Below are positions 12,901 to 22,123 of a stretch of 64,000 nt of DNA, one piece after another. Source of the stretch: Vicinamibacteria bacterium (GTDB lineage Bacteria; Acidobacteriota; Vicinamibacteria; Marinacidobacterales; Marinacidobacteraceae). Position numbers and translations under genes: made by a program. A model generated the notes under the pieces. It had not been told where the DNA came from. It did not search any database and saw only the letters and a list, made by a program, of their open reading frames with translations. Each line of letters opens with the position of its first letter. The stretch's first letter is position 1. The stretch lies in assembly GCA_963422395.1 (NCBI GenBank), contig OY729431.1, positions 672,001 through 736,000 of the forward strand, written 5' to 3'.

Positions 12901-13270
12901 CCCGCACTGCCGGAATGTCGGGCAGCGCCTCCGGGTCGCGGAAGAGGTGGTGGAGCGCGACCAGGGTGTGGGTCTTGCCGCCCCCGTAGGTCAGCTCCAG
13001 CTGCCGCACCGCCTTGTCGCTCTCTCCGGCGAGCCGGCGCGCCACCTCCTTCACCAGCTCCCGAAGCGCGTGGGTGGGGAAGGTCAGCGCGAAGAACTTC
13101 GCCGGGTCCTCGTAGATCGGCCGCTTTCCCTCTGCCTGGGCCACTTCGTGGAGATCGGCGGCGAACTGCGCGAGCGTGAGTTCGCCGGTTCGGAGCTCGG
13201 GCCGCAGCCGGACGAGCTCCCTCCAGGGAGTGGGCCGATTCCCTCGGGTCGTCGTCTTCGTTCGATTCAA
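9902..13270 (-). CDS. DUF499 family AAA+ ATPase (BrxC-related), ~1122 aa
   Basis: TTG start at 13270 with GGAGAAGAAGG SD. PWRELVRLRPEL..FAADL, FFALTFPT, Walker A TYGGGKTH, Walker B LILVDEV, YPFHPDL, FQRTRGILR. Confidence 0.85.
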   Translation of the reverse strand: MNRTKTTTRGNRPTPWRELVRLRPELRTGELTLAQFAADLHEVAQAEGKRPIYEDPAKFFALTFPTHALRELVKEVARRLAGESDKAVRQLELTYGGGKTHTLVALHHLFRDPEALPDIPAVREFRESVGGALPRASPAVLCFDKLDVERGIEDVRGPGGERRTLRHPWSVLAFQLAGDDGLRAIHAEGKAEERETPPAEPLLAKLIARPQEQGLATLILVDEVLMYAREKAGMNEVWRHRIQDFFQYLVQAVARVDRAALVASLLATDPAKQADAAGKQLVKDLSNVFRRQKEEGIQPVGKEDVAEVLRRRFFEPEELTNREEYRAEVIAAVRGLGELDGQIRKAARAEEERFLASYPFHPDLTEVFYSRWTQLEGFQRTRGILRTLAIALREAGQWDDCPLIGPAALLGRPGRQGPSEALSDLATTATAEETLGKRTEWKQLLEGELERARRVQEELPSLGRRREVEQAVVGVFLHSQPLGQKAHTPELLRLIGSGGPDRIELERGLRRWRDISWFLDDEDDAAGTAAPASAAAGTAAGLPKSWRLGNRPNLRQMHDEAVKQRVSAAAVEKRLEEAIRKAKKLTEGAAAAGAVVHLLPARPADLPDDDRFRFAVLSPAAKSESGRPSALARRFLDETTGPDRPRVHRNTVVLAVPSREGIDAAESAAQSLLGWEDVEAQLDQLDQQRHPVDPARRLRLRGLLKEARARLPEAVRQAYAVVVTTDREDQIRAFRLPADGGPLFQQIRADERARLQETALAPAALLPDGPYELWKPGESARRVSELANTFARHPRLPKLLRPELVRETVLRGVEEGLLAARLARPDGSARTLWRERVDPEAAKSPDLEAVLPERAKLSRLPEALLEPGRLPGLWPDGGGLPFAGLTDYFSGGRQVSVPREGFEDFLTIPACDTEALRAAAARAVEQGIVWLTNGPASLWQEPVPDGVFEGRIAVFHRPPEKIPPQELTEDLLPEAWTDGGTNGIALNQTLSQKRRAVLPWGLVRASIRAAVNARWLEIEAGAVDCPFDQAGQLRLRAPAPRAVSTPDGSPLPDAVHPPPRRAAVLEIHQLQDLADRAPELAALSAGYDLRFRIALEMDEEAGAETRRKLNERLAGISPDLKV

Positions 13271-13389
13271 GGTGCCTTCTTCTCCGCAGGAGTTTTCCGC
13301 GAGGGGTTTTCGCAGGATTCTCGCGAGGTTGCGAGGGTCTCGTCCTCCGGCGGCGCGGTCCGCTGCGGAGGAGGGTACGGGCTGCCGGC

Positions 13390-16300
13390 TCAGCGGATCG
13401 AGCCGGCGTAGCGGGGGGCGGCGGCGCCGCTGCGTTCTCCGAGATAGTTCTGGATGGTCTCCAAGAGGGAGCGCTCTTCGCTGCCGCCCTCGGCGAGCTC
13501 CAGCACCGCCTGTGTGAGCCGTGCGAAGAGGCGGTCGTTCCAGAGGCCGCGTGCTTCGAGGTATGCGTCCACCCGGCTCCGCTCGCCGGCTTTCCAGAGC
13601 CGCATCAGCCGGTGGAGGCAGTCGATGAGCGGCGGTGCCCCGCCGTCCGCCGAAGGCTCGCCGAGGCTCCGTACCTTGCGGCGGTTCCAGGGTTCGAGCC
13701 GCGCTTCGCTGCCGCTCGAAGAAGCGCTGAACTCTTCGTCCCCCTCGCCCTCGCCCCCCGCGGCACTTCCTCTGCCACTTCCCCTGCCGCGGGTGCTGCC
13801 ACGGGCGAGCAGACCCCAGCGCCTCGACAGGTCGCTGTCGGCGAGGCCGCAGGAGAGCGCGTAGAGGACCACTGCCCCGGCGGGAGCGGGGGCGAGGCCG
13901 AAGTCGTTCCGGTGGAGCAGGTAGTAGGTGGTGAGATCGTCGAGCGCGCCCCGTTCTTCGCCCTCCCCTTCTCTCTGAAGGACGCGGCCCACCACGAAGC
14001 CGACCACCATCCGGCGCACCCGGCCGAGGAAGCCGCTCGCCGTGAGCATCTCGTCCGGCGCTCGTTCGCAGCGCACTGCCGGATAGCGGCTGAATGCCTC
14101 GAGCGCCGGGCCGGTGGCCGCCCAGACGAAGTCCGGCCCCCGGATCCCGGCGTCCCAGAAGTCCCGGAGGTGCTTCGTGAGGTTCCGCTCCATCTCCGCG
14201 AGCACTTGGGAGTCCCAGCCCGGGCGGGCTTCGGTGCGCTTCCGGCAGACCAGCCAGATCGAGGCGGAGAGCGCCGCCGATGCATGGGCGCGCAGGCGGG
14301 CCTGCCTCTCGGTCTGGATCGGCCAGGAGGCGTTTACACGAAAGCCCGAGCGGATGAGCGCGGAGACCAGCGTCTCCCAGGCGTTGGGGTCCTTGTTGGC
14401 GAAGACGATCACCAGCCTCCCGTCGTCTTCGAGCGCCTCGCGGCAGCGGGCGAAGGCGCGCGCCATCCCGTCCTCGTAGTTCCGCTTCGAGGCGGCTCGG
14501 TCGCCGCCGAAGCGGACGGCGTCGTCGATGAGCTCGCCGTCGCCCTGCCCGTCGTTCGCTTCCGCGTTCCACTTCGGGCCCAGCGGGGTGGCGAAGGCGG
14601 CGTCGGTCTCCGGCGAGAGGCCGGAGAGGACGCGGCGCAGCCAAATGTGGAAGAAGTCCATCAGGTCGGAATAGGGGATCGCGTCGTAGTAAGGCGGGTC
14701 GGTACAGATGACATCGAAGCGTCCCGGAGGGCTTTCGAGAGCGCTGGCGGTGCGGACCTGCGGTGGGGGCGTGTCGCGGAGCGCTTCGCAGGCGTTCTCC
14801 ACATAGCGCGCCGCCCATTCCGCCATCGCCGCGAACGAGCCCGAGGTCGCCGCCAGCGGGTTCACTTCGCAGTAGTCCCAGACGATGGGCAGTGCGAACC
14901 GAGCGAAGGTGTGTCCCAGTGCCTCCATGGTGTTGAGCCAGGAACAGAGTGCGCTGCTGTAATCCGAAAATTTGCTCAGAGTGAGCGCCAGACAGGCGGT
15001 GAGCGCCTCTCTCCAGGGCGGGGGACAGGCGGCCAGCTCTTCGTCGAATTCTCCGTCGAGCGACCGGATCTCGCGGACGAGAGTGCCGAGCGCCAGCAGC
15101 TGCCGGTCGGTGAAGAGCTTCCGCCAGCGGTCGAATCCGTAGCCGTCCACGGAGAACGCGCGCGATGCTCCGCTGCCGGCCTTCGGCGTCGGTTCCTCGG
15201 GCATCCCGAAGGGAACCTTGCGGTAGAGCGCTTCGAGTTCTTCGGCATCCACCCGTGCCGCGGCGGCCTCGACCGCCGTCGGCAGCCGGTATTCCTTCCC
15301 CTGTTGCCCGTCCACCACCACCGCGGTCATGCGCGCCCCGATCCGCCCTGCCCGCCCCTGGGCGCGGAGGTCTCCCATGGTGGCGATCGCGCCGCAGAGA
15401 GGGCACTTCGCCCCGCTCTGGCTCTTCGTCCCCGCTCCGAGCTGCTTGTCGTGCTCGCGCCGCTGCGCCGGGCTGCCCGCCCCCTCCGGGACCCCCGCCT
15501 CGATTCCGAAGGCGACCCCGATCTTTCTCCCGCTCCCGTCCTCGCGGGGGGTGATCGTCAGCAGCGCCCGCTTGCCCGACTTCTTCACGAGCCAGCGGGT
15601 CTTCAACAGCGGCAGCTCCGCCCGGCAGTTCCCGCACTCGGCGGTCCGCGCCCAGAGGTACGCCACCGTCGGCTTCGCCATCCAGCGCGGGTTCGCCTCG
15701 TCCTCCAGGTAGTGCTCGTCGAACTCCGCATCGTTCAACGCCGCGGCCGAGACCCGCCCCTCCTCGTCCGGCGGCAGGAGGCGCGGTTCCCGCGCCTCGA
15801 ACGCCCTTTCGGGCGCCGTTGCCCGCCGCCCCCGCCCCTTCCGCCGCACCGGCTCGAACTCCGCATAGGTCGGATACCGCACCGCCAGCCGCTGCCGCGC
15901 CCGCCCGAGCACTCGCCGCCCGAGCGCCCGGAAGTGCCAGGCGAACTCCGCCTCGAGCGATGCTGGCGAAGGCGCGAGCAGGTCCGGCTGCCCCGGATCG
16001 TCCTCGTTGGCCTGGGCGTTGGCGTCCAGCTTCGCGAGTTCCGCATCCAGCCGCCGCTCGCGGAGCCCGCCGGCCTTCAGGAAGGCGGTCAGGAACTCCC
16101 GGTCCCGGAGTACGAACTCCGGCAATGGCTGCTTCTCCCCGGCCAGCAGCTGCGGATAGTGGAGTGCGCAGCGCAGGACGAACCAGGCGACGGGGTTGAG
16201 GTCCGAGGCGGTCACCTCGCACCCGAGCCGCATCGCCTCTAGCGGGATCGCCCCGCCCCCGGCGAAGGGGTCGAGCACCCGCGGCGCCCGCCCCCCGAAC

Positions 16301-16677
16301 GCCGCTCGGATCTCCTCCCGAAACGCCTCGAGCTTCGCCGCCGCCTCCGGCCCGCTCTCCCGCCCCCAGTGCAGGATTCCCCCGACCGTTTTCTCTTTCA
16401 GCCGCCCGTCAGGCCCCGGCTCCTCCTTCACCCGCCCGCCGATCCGCTTCCGCAGCTCCGACCGCCCTGCTTCCGTCCCCGGATCCGGCAACAGCGCCCC
16501 GAGCAGCGCCGCCCGGCAGGCCGCCAGCGGCCGCCGCGCCGGCCAGATATGGAGCGTCGAGAGGTGCCCGTGCCGCACGTTCTTCTCGTGCACCGAATCG
16601 AGCGAAGCCTCCCGCAAGGGAAACCCCGCCTCGATATACCTGCGGTCCCCAGCTTTCCCGTCCTTTCGATCACTCAT
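13390..16677 (-). CDS. DUF1156-containing adenine-specific DNA methyltransferase (1095 aa)
   Basis: LHIWPARRPLAACRA (DUF1156), motif I DPFAGGGAIPLEA, Zn-ribbon CGNC/CPLC, catalytic TDPPYYD. Confidence 0.9.
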   Translation of the reverse strand: MSDRKDGKAGDRRYIEAGFPLREASLDSVHEKNVRHGHLSTLHIWPARRPLAACRAALLGALLPDPGTEAGRSELRKRIGGRVKEEPGPDGRLKEKTVGGILHWGRESGPEAAAKLEAFREEIRAAFGGRAPRVLDPFAGGGAIPLEAMRLGCEVTASDLNPVAWFVLRCALHYPQLLAGEKQPLPEFVLRDREFLTAFLKAGGLRERRLDAELAKLDANAQANEDDPGQPDLLAPSPASLEAEFAWHFRALGRRVLGRARQRLAVRYPTYAEFEPVRRKGRGRRATAPERAFEAREPRLLPPDEEGRVSAAALNDAEFDEHYLEDEANPRWMAKPTVAYLWARTAECGNCRAELPLLKTRWLVKKSGKRALLTITPREDGSGRKIGVAFGIEAGVPEGAGSPAQRREHDKQLGAGTKSQSGAKCPLCGAIATMGDLRAQGRAGRIGARMTAVVVDGQQGKEYRLPTAVEAAAARVDAEELEALYRKVPFGMPEEPTPKAGSGASRAFSVDGYGFDRWRKLFTDRQLLALGTLVREIRSLDGEFDEELAACPPPWREALTACLALTLSKFSDYSSALCSWLNTMEALGHTFARFALPIVWDYCEVNPLAATSGSFAAMAEWAARYVENACEALRDTPPPQVRTASALESPPGRFDVICTDPPYYDAIPYSDLMDFFHIWLRRVLSGLSPETDAAFATPLGPKWNAEANDGQGDGELIDDAVRFGGDRAASKRNYEDGMARAFARCREALEDDGRLVIVFANKDPNAWETLVSALIRSGFRVNASWPIQTERQARLRAHASAALSASIWLVCRKRTEARPGWDSQVLAEMERNLTKHLRDFWDAGIRGPDFVWAATGPALEAFSRYPAVRCERAPDEMLTASGFLGRVRRMVVGFVVGRVLQREGEGEERGALDDLTTYYLLHRNDFGLAPAPAGAVVLYALSCGLADSDLSRRWGLLARGSTRGRGSGRGSAAGGEGEGDEEFSASSSGSEARLEPWNRRKVRSLGEPSADGGAPPLIDCLHRLMRLWKAGERSRVDAYLEARGLWNDRLFARLTQAVLELAEGGSEERSLLETIQNYLGERSGAAAPRYAGSIR

Positions 16678-16712
16678 CTTCTTGTCTGTCGAACCGTATC
16701 TGTCGAAGGGCT

Positions 16713-17669
16713 CTATCGCCGGGTGAGCTTCCGCCCGGCGTACACCACATACACCGGCTCACCGGCCTGAATCGGCCACGAAAAGTGGACCCGGAGAAGG
16801 GAATGGCTTTCCTTTCCGTGCCAGGGGTAAAAAAGCATTTCCCCGGGCTGCTTCGGATGGGGGAAGCGCAGCTTGCGCCGGAACCGTCGCTTTTCTGCCT
16901 CGGTCGAATCGGAGAACAGCGCCCGTTCGCCGGTGAAGTGCTCCTGGTAGATACCGTGTCCTTTCTCGGTGCGCTGGCCGTCCCGATCGAAGCTGTCCGC
17001 GAAGTCGTCGAGAATCCGCAGCAGATGCAGCACGCGCTTTGCTGAGCTTCGGCTGAACGGAACGCCCGCGAGCGGGTCGAAGCACGAGTCCGCGACGAAC
17101 AAACGAGGGCATTGCGCCGAAACGGCGTTTCGGAGCTCGGCCCAGGAGGCGAGCGGCGGCGCCGACTTCCGCAGCCCCTCCTCCAGGGTTGCGGGATCAC
17201 GCCAGTTCGGAAAGCAGATCGACCGATTCAGTCCGGCTTCCTTCTGTTTCCAGAGCACCCGCACCGGCGAAAAGTCCCAGTCGCCCGGCGTAGCGCTGAG
17301 CAGCCCGCACTTCCGGCCTTCTCCGTTTCGCCAGGCTGCTTCGCCCACCGCAGTGTCGGTCACCACTTCCCCCCGGCACTCGAACCAGTCGTCCGCCGAA
17401 TGCCGGTGTTCTCCGTCCCAGAACGGTCCGCCGCGATCCAGCCACGCCCCGACTGCGCGCGCTCGATCCAGCCCCAGCCATGCGAGCGCCTTCCGAAGGC
17501 TCACTTCGGGAATCGGCTCCACTTGGAGAAAGCCCCGGCTGCAGCCGACCTCCCGTTCGAACCGCCGCGCGATTCCGCGCATCGCCATCAACCTCGACAT
17601 CGCGGCGCCGAACGCGGCCCGGTCGTGGAACTGCCGGCATACCGACAATTCGTTCGCCAACAGCTCCAC
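16713..17669 (-). CDS. putative defence effector (Menshen NsnC-like), C-terminal RelE-like region
   Basis: GTG start abuts the ATPase stop. C-terminal SDS..E...KLRF...WHGK...RVHF...VYVVYAG pattern. Third gene of a DUF262/ATPase operon. Confidence 0.6.
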   Translation of the reverse strand: MELLANELSVCRQFHDRAAFGAAMSRLMAMRGIARRFEREVGCSRGFLQVEPIPEVSLRKALAWLGLDRARAVGAWLDRGGPFWDGEHRHSADDWFECRGEVVTDTAVGEAAWRNGEGRKCGLLSATPGDWDFSPVRVLWKQKEAGLNRSICFPNWRDPATLEEGLRKSAPPLASWAELRNAVSAQCPRLFVADSCFDPLAGVPFSRSSAKRVLHLLRILDDFADSFDRDGQRTEKGHGIYQEHFTGERALFSDSTEAEKRRFRRKLRFPHPKQPGEMLFYPWHGKESHSLLRVHFSWPIQAGEPVYVVYAGRKLTRR

Positions 17670-18839
17670 TCAGTCCGTCCAATCGGCGAAGTAGTTCAGA
17701 TCCTTGTCGAACTGATCGAAGAATCCCTCCAGCCAGGTATCGATGCGTCCGTTCTGGTCCATCCTCAGGGTCTCCACCTGCGCGCTCTTTCCTTCCGCAT
17801 TCCCTTCCCGAGGGCGAAAGAAGTGGAGAGCGGCGTTTTCGCAAGACAACTTTCCCTGCTTCACTGCCCTTCGCACTCCGTTGAGGACATGATCGCTGTG
17901 GGTCTCGAGGATCACCTGTCGCCCTGCTGCTGCGATCTCGGCGAGGAACTCTCCCATGCTCGCCTGCCCGGCCGGGTGAAGGTGGATTTCTGGGTTCTCG
18001 ATGAGCAGCAGATCCTTCTTCTCTGCCGAAAGCGCCGCCACGATGATGGGCAGCACCTGGCTCAGTCCGAAGCCGGTATGGGCCGGCAGATGCGGCTCTA
18101 CTTCCAGGGAAGTTGCGAGCCGCAGGCTGACCGCGCTGGCCCGCGGCACTTTCTCCACCGCCAACCGGCAACCGGGGAAGAATCGGTTCATCCGTGCCTC
18201 CACCTGGCGAAGCCGCGTCGGCGGCGATCCTTCGAGAGCCAACCCGTCCGAGACCTCGGCATCCGCGCAGGCATACAGGAGACCGGCCGTTCGCTCGCCC
18301 TTGGGGCCTATTCCGGACACGAATTCCGGATCGTCGAGCGGATAGCTCTCCCGCGGCCCCAGTCGTTCGGCGGTGAGACAGGTCAGCCGGCGCAGACGCT
18401 CCGCCAGGGCCAGGGAGCCCGCCGGCGGGGGCGGCGAGACCGGGAGCAGATACCGCAACGGGGCGTCCTCCGGATCGTGCGGCCGCCCCTCCCCCTCCGT
18501 GGAAACGCTTTCGACGCGCAGCGACAGGTCCGTTCTGTTCCCCAGGAACCTCCAGGAAATCGCCGTCCCGTCCTCCTCCTGGAGGCCGATTTCGAAGCGG
18601 TCTCTTCCACTGATCTGATCGATCACCTCCGCAGCGGTACCCATTCGAACGACCTCCCCGTTGAGTGCCAGCCGCGAGGACCGCTCGTGCCGCCGCATCG
18701 TCTGATGCAGGAGCACCAGCGGCTGCATGACGGAGGACTTCCCCGAAGCGTTGGCTCCCGCCAGCAGCGTCAGTGAGCGAAGGGGCAGCTCGAGTTTCGT
18801 GAAGCACTTGAAATGCCGGAGGTCGAGGCGTGTGATCAA
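17670..18839 (-). CDS. ABC/SMC-type ATPase with DUF3696 (Menshen NsnB-like)
   Basis: LRHFKCF, Walker A GANASGKS, signature GFGLSQVLP, Walker B LIENPEIHLHP, ETHSDH, C-terminal W.EGFFDQ. TTGA overlap with the upstream DUF262 gene. Confidence 0.85.
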   Translation of the reverse strand: MITRLDLRHFKCFTKLELPLRSLTLLAGANASGKSSVMQPLVLLHQTMRRHERSSRLALNGEVVRMGTAAEVIDQISGRDRFEIGLQEEDGTAISWRFLGNRTDLSLRVESVSTEGEGRPHDPEDAPLRYLLPVSPPPPAGSLALAERLRRLTCLTAERLGPRESYPLDDPEFVSGIGPKGERTAGLLYACADAEVSDGLALEGSPPTRLRQVEARMNRFFPGCRLAVEKVPRASAVSLRLATSLEVEPHLPAHTGFGLSQVLPIIVAALSAEKKDLLLIENPEIHLHPAGQASMGEFLAEIAAAGRQVILETHSDHVLNGVRRAVKQGKLSCENAALHFFRPREGNAEGKSAQVETLRMDQNGRIDTWLEGFFDQFDKDLNYFADWTD

Positions 18840-19924
18840 TCGAAGACCTTCTTCAGAATCGAATGCATGGTTTCGAACCGATGGTTTACCTGCTTCGCAG
18901 CGTTCGTCGCATAGGTTATTGCTTTGTTGAAGTCATCGTCCTCGAAGAGTTTCTGAATGGCTCTCCGCAGCTCAGATGCCCGCTTCGACGCCTGATCCGG
19001 GTCGACGCGAGAGAGACCGGTGGACAGCACATCCCACAGCGAAGCGTTCAGAACGCTGCGTCGTTCCTGATCCGACTTGTGCTTTCTGAAAGCATGCTGA
19101 CGGAATATCGTATGATTGTTCCCCATCCCGGTGTGGAGCTCCGATGACAACCGGGATAGTTTCGATTCCTCCATCGAATTCATCCTCTTCAGGGCTTCGG
19201 CGAGGAATCGATCCATGTCGCCGTTGTATTCCGAAAGATCCAGGATCTGGAAGGCGCAGAAGCGGTTCACGAACTCTCGATCCCGCATCGTCTTCGGATT
19301 CAGACTGCGGCCGGTCGCTTCGAGAAAAACTTCCGTCCGCGCTTCTTCCTTGAGGAACTTGGTAGCCGGGCCCTGATACAGAGCGTTTCGCATCTGCTGC
19401 CGGGTGAGGGGTATGCCGCCGTTCACCCTTTCGAAGATGTCGAACCGTACAGCTTCCGGGACTTTGGAGTCGATCGTGTAGAAGATCAGGTTCGCGTCTT
19501 CGATCCTATTCTGGAGTTTCGGCTGCAGGTTGGAAAACTTCTTTCGATGGAGCTCTTTTCGATCCGGAAGTTTCAGCGAGAGATCGCCTTTTACGAATCG
19601 AACGAAAGTGGTGAGCCGCTGCAGACCGTCCACCACGACCATCTTGCCATTCTCCTTTTCCGCCATGTAGAAGACTGGAAGAGGGACGCGCATGATCACG
19701 GACTCGATGAGTTTGCTCTGCTTGTCTTCCGGCCAGAGAAAATTTCGTTGGAATTCGGGATCCATGATGTAAGTGCGCTTGTCGATTCGGCGGATCACAT
19801 CATGGATCGTTCGGCTCTCCTGGCGAATCAGCACCTCATTGATCGGATAGTCGCCCCACAAAGACGGCGAGCCCATCCCCTCGATCTCTTCGGTGGCATC
19901 CGGAGACACTAGTGACTCTTCCAT
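18836..19924 (-). CDS. DUF262 (GmrS/ParB-like) protein (Menshen NsnA-like)
   Basis: PEFQRNFLW, LIESVIMRVPLP, VVDGLQRLTT, FERVNGGIPLT. Confidence 0.88.
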   Translation of the reverse strand: MEESLVSPDATEEIEGMGSPSLWGDYPINEVLIRQESRTIHDVIRRIDKRTYIMDPEFQRNFLWPEDKQSKLIESVIMRVPLPVFYMAEKENGKMVVVDGLQRLTTFVRFVKGDLSLKLPDRKELHRKKFSNLQPKLQNRIEDANLIFYTIDSKVPEAVRFDIFERVNGGIPLTRQQMRNALYQGPATKFLKEEARTEVFLEATGRSLNPKTMRDREFVNRFCAFQILDLSEYNGDMDRFLAEALKRMNSMEESKLSRLSSELHTGMGNNHTIFRQHAFRKHKSDQERRSVLNASLWDVLSTGLSRVDPDQASKRASELRRAIQKLFEDDDFNKAITYATNAAKQVNHRFETMHSILKKVFD

Positions 19925-20220
19925 AAGTTCCTTTCATCCCTGGAGTCTTCCGGTGGGAGTCAGCTAGGGACTCTCTCACGAACTGGGAGTTTCTCTGATT
20001 GTACCGCCCCGACCTTTGCCGGATATCGATTGCCGACCATCATGCTGCGATGTCGAATTTTCGCGGATCGCGTCGGACCTGGCGAGGAAGCGGTCACTGC
20101 GCCGATGCCGGCGAGAATCAACCCTCGAGAGCGGGCTCTTTTGCCGATACCCGCCCGTCCGAGCCCGGCGCACTCCTCGATCGGTCATCGATCTGTCACG
20201 TCTGATCCGTCATGGGATTC

Positions 20221-21582
20221 TCACTGACCCATGGAGTCCAGCTGACGGCACAGCCCCCGGATCCACTGTCTTGCAGGATTACGCTTACTCAGAAGAGTCG
20301 AATGATGTTGACCCTCGGCAGTCTTGATCAAGGCAGGATCTTCCGAGAAGTACAACTCGATTTTCTCCCGGAACAGCTTCTTCGAGTCGGGATCCCGCCA
20401 CTTCTCGATATCTAGCGCAAGGATCAGCTCTTCGTCTGTCACCTGGCCGGCGCGCAGTTTGGAGTACAGCTCGGGATCATGGCTATGCAGCGCGCACACG
20501 AGGGTCACACATAAAGCGGGGATGTCCTCATCGAGTTCGTTTCTGTTCCCACGCAAACAGACTCCGACATCTCGCATCAGCTGGGCGACCATCCGCAGCG
20601 AGTCGCCATAGCGCGATGTGATTTCTCCTAGAAGAACTGCACCGGTATAGGGCATCTTCACTTTGTATCCCAGCATGTCCTTCCACAGAAAATTCGCGTA
20701 GGCTTCAAGAGTGCCTGTATTCTGGAGTGTCACAGATTCCACGGGAAGGCGGAAATGAGCATGGAAGAACTTTTCCAGATATTTTTTAGAATTCTGGACT
20801 CCGTACTGCATCGTTACTATCTGTTCCAATTGTTTTCTATTCGTGACCAGAACGAAGCAGATATTTTCGACATCGAAGACATGCTTCAGATTTTCCAACA
20901 GCGAGAGCGCATAGGTCGGGCGGCACCGGTCCAGCTCATCGATGATGACGACGAGTGGTCTCGGCGAATCCTTGGGGATTCCTTCCGATGCACTTTCTTT
21001 CGCTTCGGCACTCATGGCATCGGCTAGTGCGGTCAACGCCTGCCGGAATTCATCCAGCGTCTTCCTCTGCTCTTGAGCGTTTTCGAGGCGCTTTTGAAAT
21101 TCCGAATCCAGGTCGACAGATGGATCTCTCTTGACCTTCGACAGGCCATCGACCAGCTTTTGGCCGGTCTCCTCGGACAGGATTCCTCCGGTCACAATTC
21201 GAAGTCCGAGACCTGCGAGAGATGGCAGGAGGTGTTTTCCCAGGCTCGTGACCTTCCTGAGGAAGACTTTCCTTTCTTCGCCGTTAGGAGCCCGATCGAA
21301 GATCTGGCTCGCAATATCGAAGAGCGGGTCTTCCCCGTTGTCCGCGGAAAACGCATCGAAATAGACGACCGCCGAGCCTCGCTTCCGAAGCAGGCCGGCC
21401 CATTGTCTGGCGAATACAGTTTTCCCCGACCCCCACTCGCCATCCAGAGCGATCACTGACGGCCCTTCAAGGGATTCGACGACGCGCGCGACGGATTCCC
21501 CGAACCTCTGGTAACCGAAGATGTCGGTTCCCTCGAACCCATCACGATCCCCGATCTCTGGGGGTTTCGGTGTCAATCGCAT
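20221..21582 (-). CDS. KAP family P-loop NTPase (453 aa)
   Basis: Walker A IALDGEWGSGKT, YFDAF, Walker B VVIIDELDRCRP, YLEKFF. SD GAAGGAG upstream. Confidence 0.9.
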   Translation of the reverse strand: MRLTPKPPEIGDRDGFEGTDIFGYQRFGESVARVVESLEGPSVIALDGEWGSGKTVFARQWAGLLRKRGSAVVYFDAFSADNGEDPLFDIASQIFDRAPNGEERKVFLRKVTSLGKHLLPSLAGLGLRIVTGGILSEETGQKLVDGLSKVKRDPSVDLDSEFQKRLENAQEQRKTLDEFRQALTALADAMSAEAKESASEGIPKDSPRPLVVIIDELDRCRPTYALSLLENLKHVFDVENICFVLVTNRKQLEQIVTMQYGVQNSKKYLEKFFHAHFRLPVESVTLQNTGTLEAYANFLWKDMLGYKVKMPYTGAVLLGEITSRYGDSLRMVAQLMRDVGVCLRGNRNELDEDIPALCVTLVCALHSHDPELYSKLRAGQVTDEELILALDIEKWRDPDSKKLFREKIELYFSEDPALIKTAEGQHHSTLLSKRNPARQWIRGLCRQLDSMGQ

Positions 21583-21595
21583 GGCTTTTTCTCCT

Positions 21596-22123
21596 TCAGT
21601 TCGTTCTCGAAGTGGGCCTGTGCGGGTTGATTTTTGCGGTCACGCCCATGAGAGCGTGCATTTTCCGGGTGAAACGGCGTGCATCTTCGAAGTAGCTGCG
21701 AACACTGTGGACGGTGACGCGCGCCGGGCGGCCGTGCGCCAGCGCGTGCCGGTCGGTCACGATGCTGTCGATGCTGGCCGCGATCTGCCCTTCGGACAGC
21801 GTCTCGAGTTCGTCGGCGGCTCGTTGATCGAACCAGCCTACGAGACGGATCATCTCTTTCGTGCGCGGGCTGCGGAAATACTGTAACTGGTGGTCCACAT
21901 ATTTCAGGACACCGGGGGCGGACCGTGTCTTCGCGTACGCCAGCATCGTTTCTCTGCAGGATGTCTCGAGATAGGCGGATGTCCAGATCGTCATGAGCTG
22001 CGCCAGCCAGGAAAGCTGTTCGATGGAAAGAGGAGGGCTTTTCGATGTCTCCTTCGCCGAATCCAGGGCGCCCTCGATCATCTGCTCGAGCCGCTGACTG
22101 TCTTCCATCATGACACTTTTCAT
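21596..22123 (-). CDS. HEPN domain protein (MAE_28990/RiboL-PSP-like), putative RNase (175 aa)
   Basis: Helical protein with SAYLE and the Rx4H motif RHALAHG. ATG at 22123 overlaps the DUF262 stop (ATGA). Confidence 0.8.
   Translation of the reverse strand: MKSVMMEDSQRLEQMIEGALDSAKETSKSPPLSIEQLSWLAQLMTIWTSAYLETSCRETMLAYAKTRSAPGVLKYVDHQLQYFRSPRTKEMIRLVGWFDQRAADELETLSEGQIAASIDSIVTDRHALAHGRPARVTVHSVRSYFEDARRFTRKMHALMGVTAKINPHRPTSRTN

Noticed and set aside
9902-16222. 2106-aa ORF suggesting a giant fusion upstream of DUF499
   Set aside because: The N-terminal ~980 aa are Arg/Gly/Ala-rich shadow translation overlapping the real DUF1156 gene in another frame. DUF499 has its own SD and TTG at 13270.
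20000-20007. TGTACCGC match to the tRNA-Val 3' end as a possible att site
   Set aside because: Only 8 bp, which is expected by chance in 64 kb, and it is not at an island boundary.
19925-20220. Small ORFs or an ncRNA in the gap between the KAP and DUF262 genes
   Set aside because: No convincing coding signal, SD or stable structure was recognised. It is probably a promoter or junction region.
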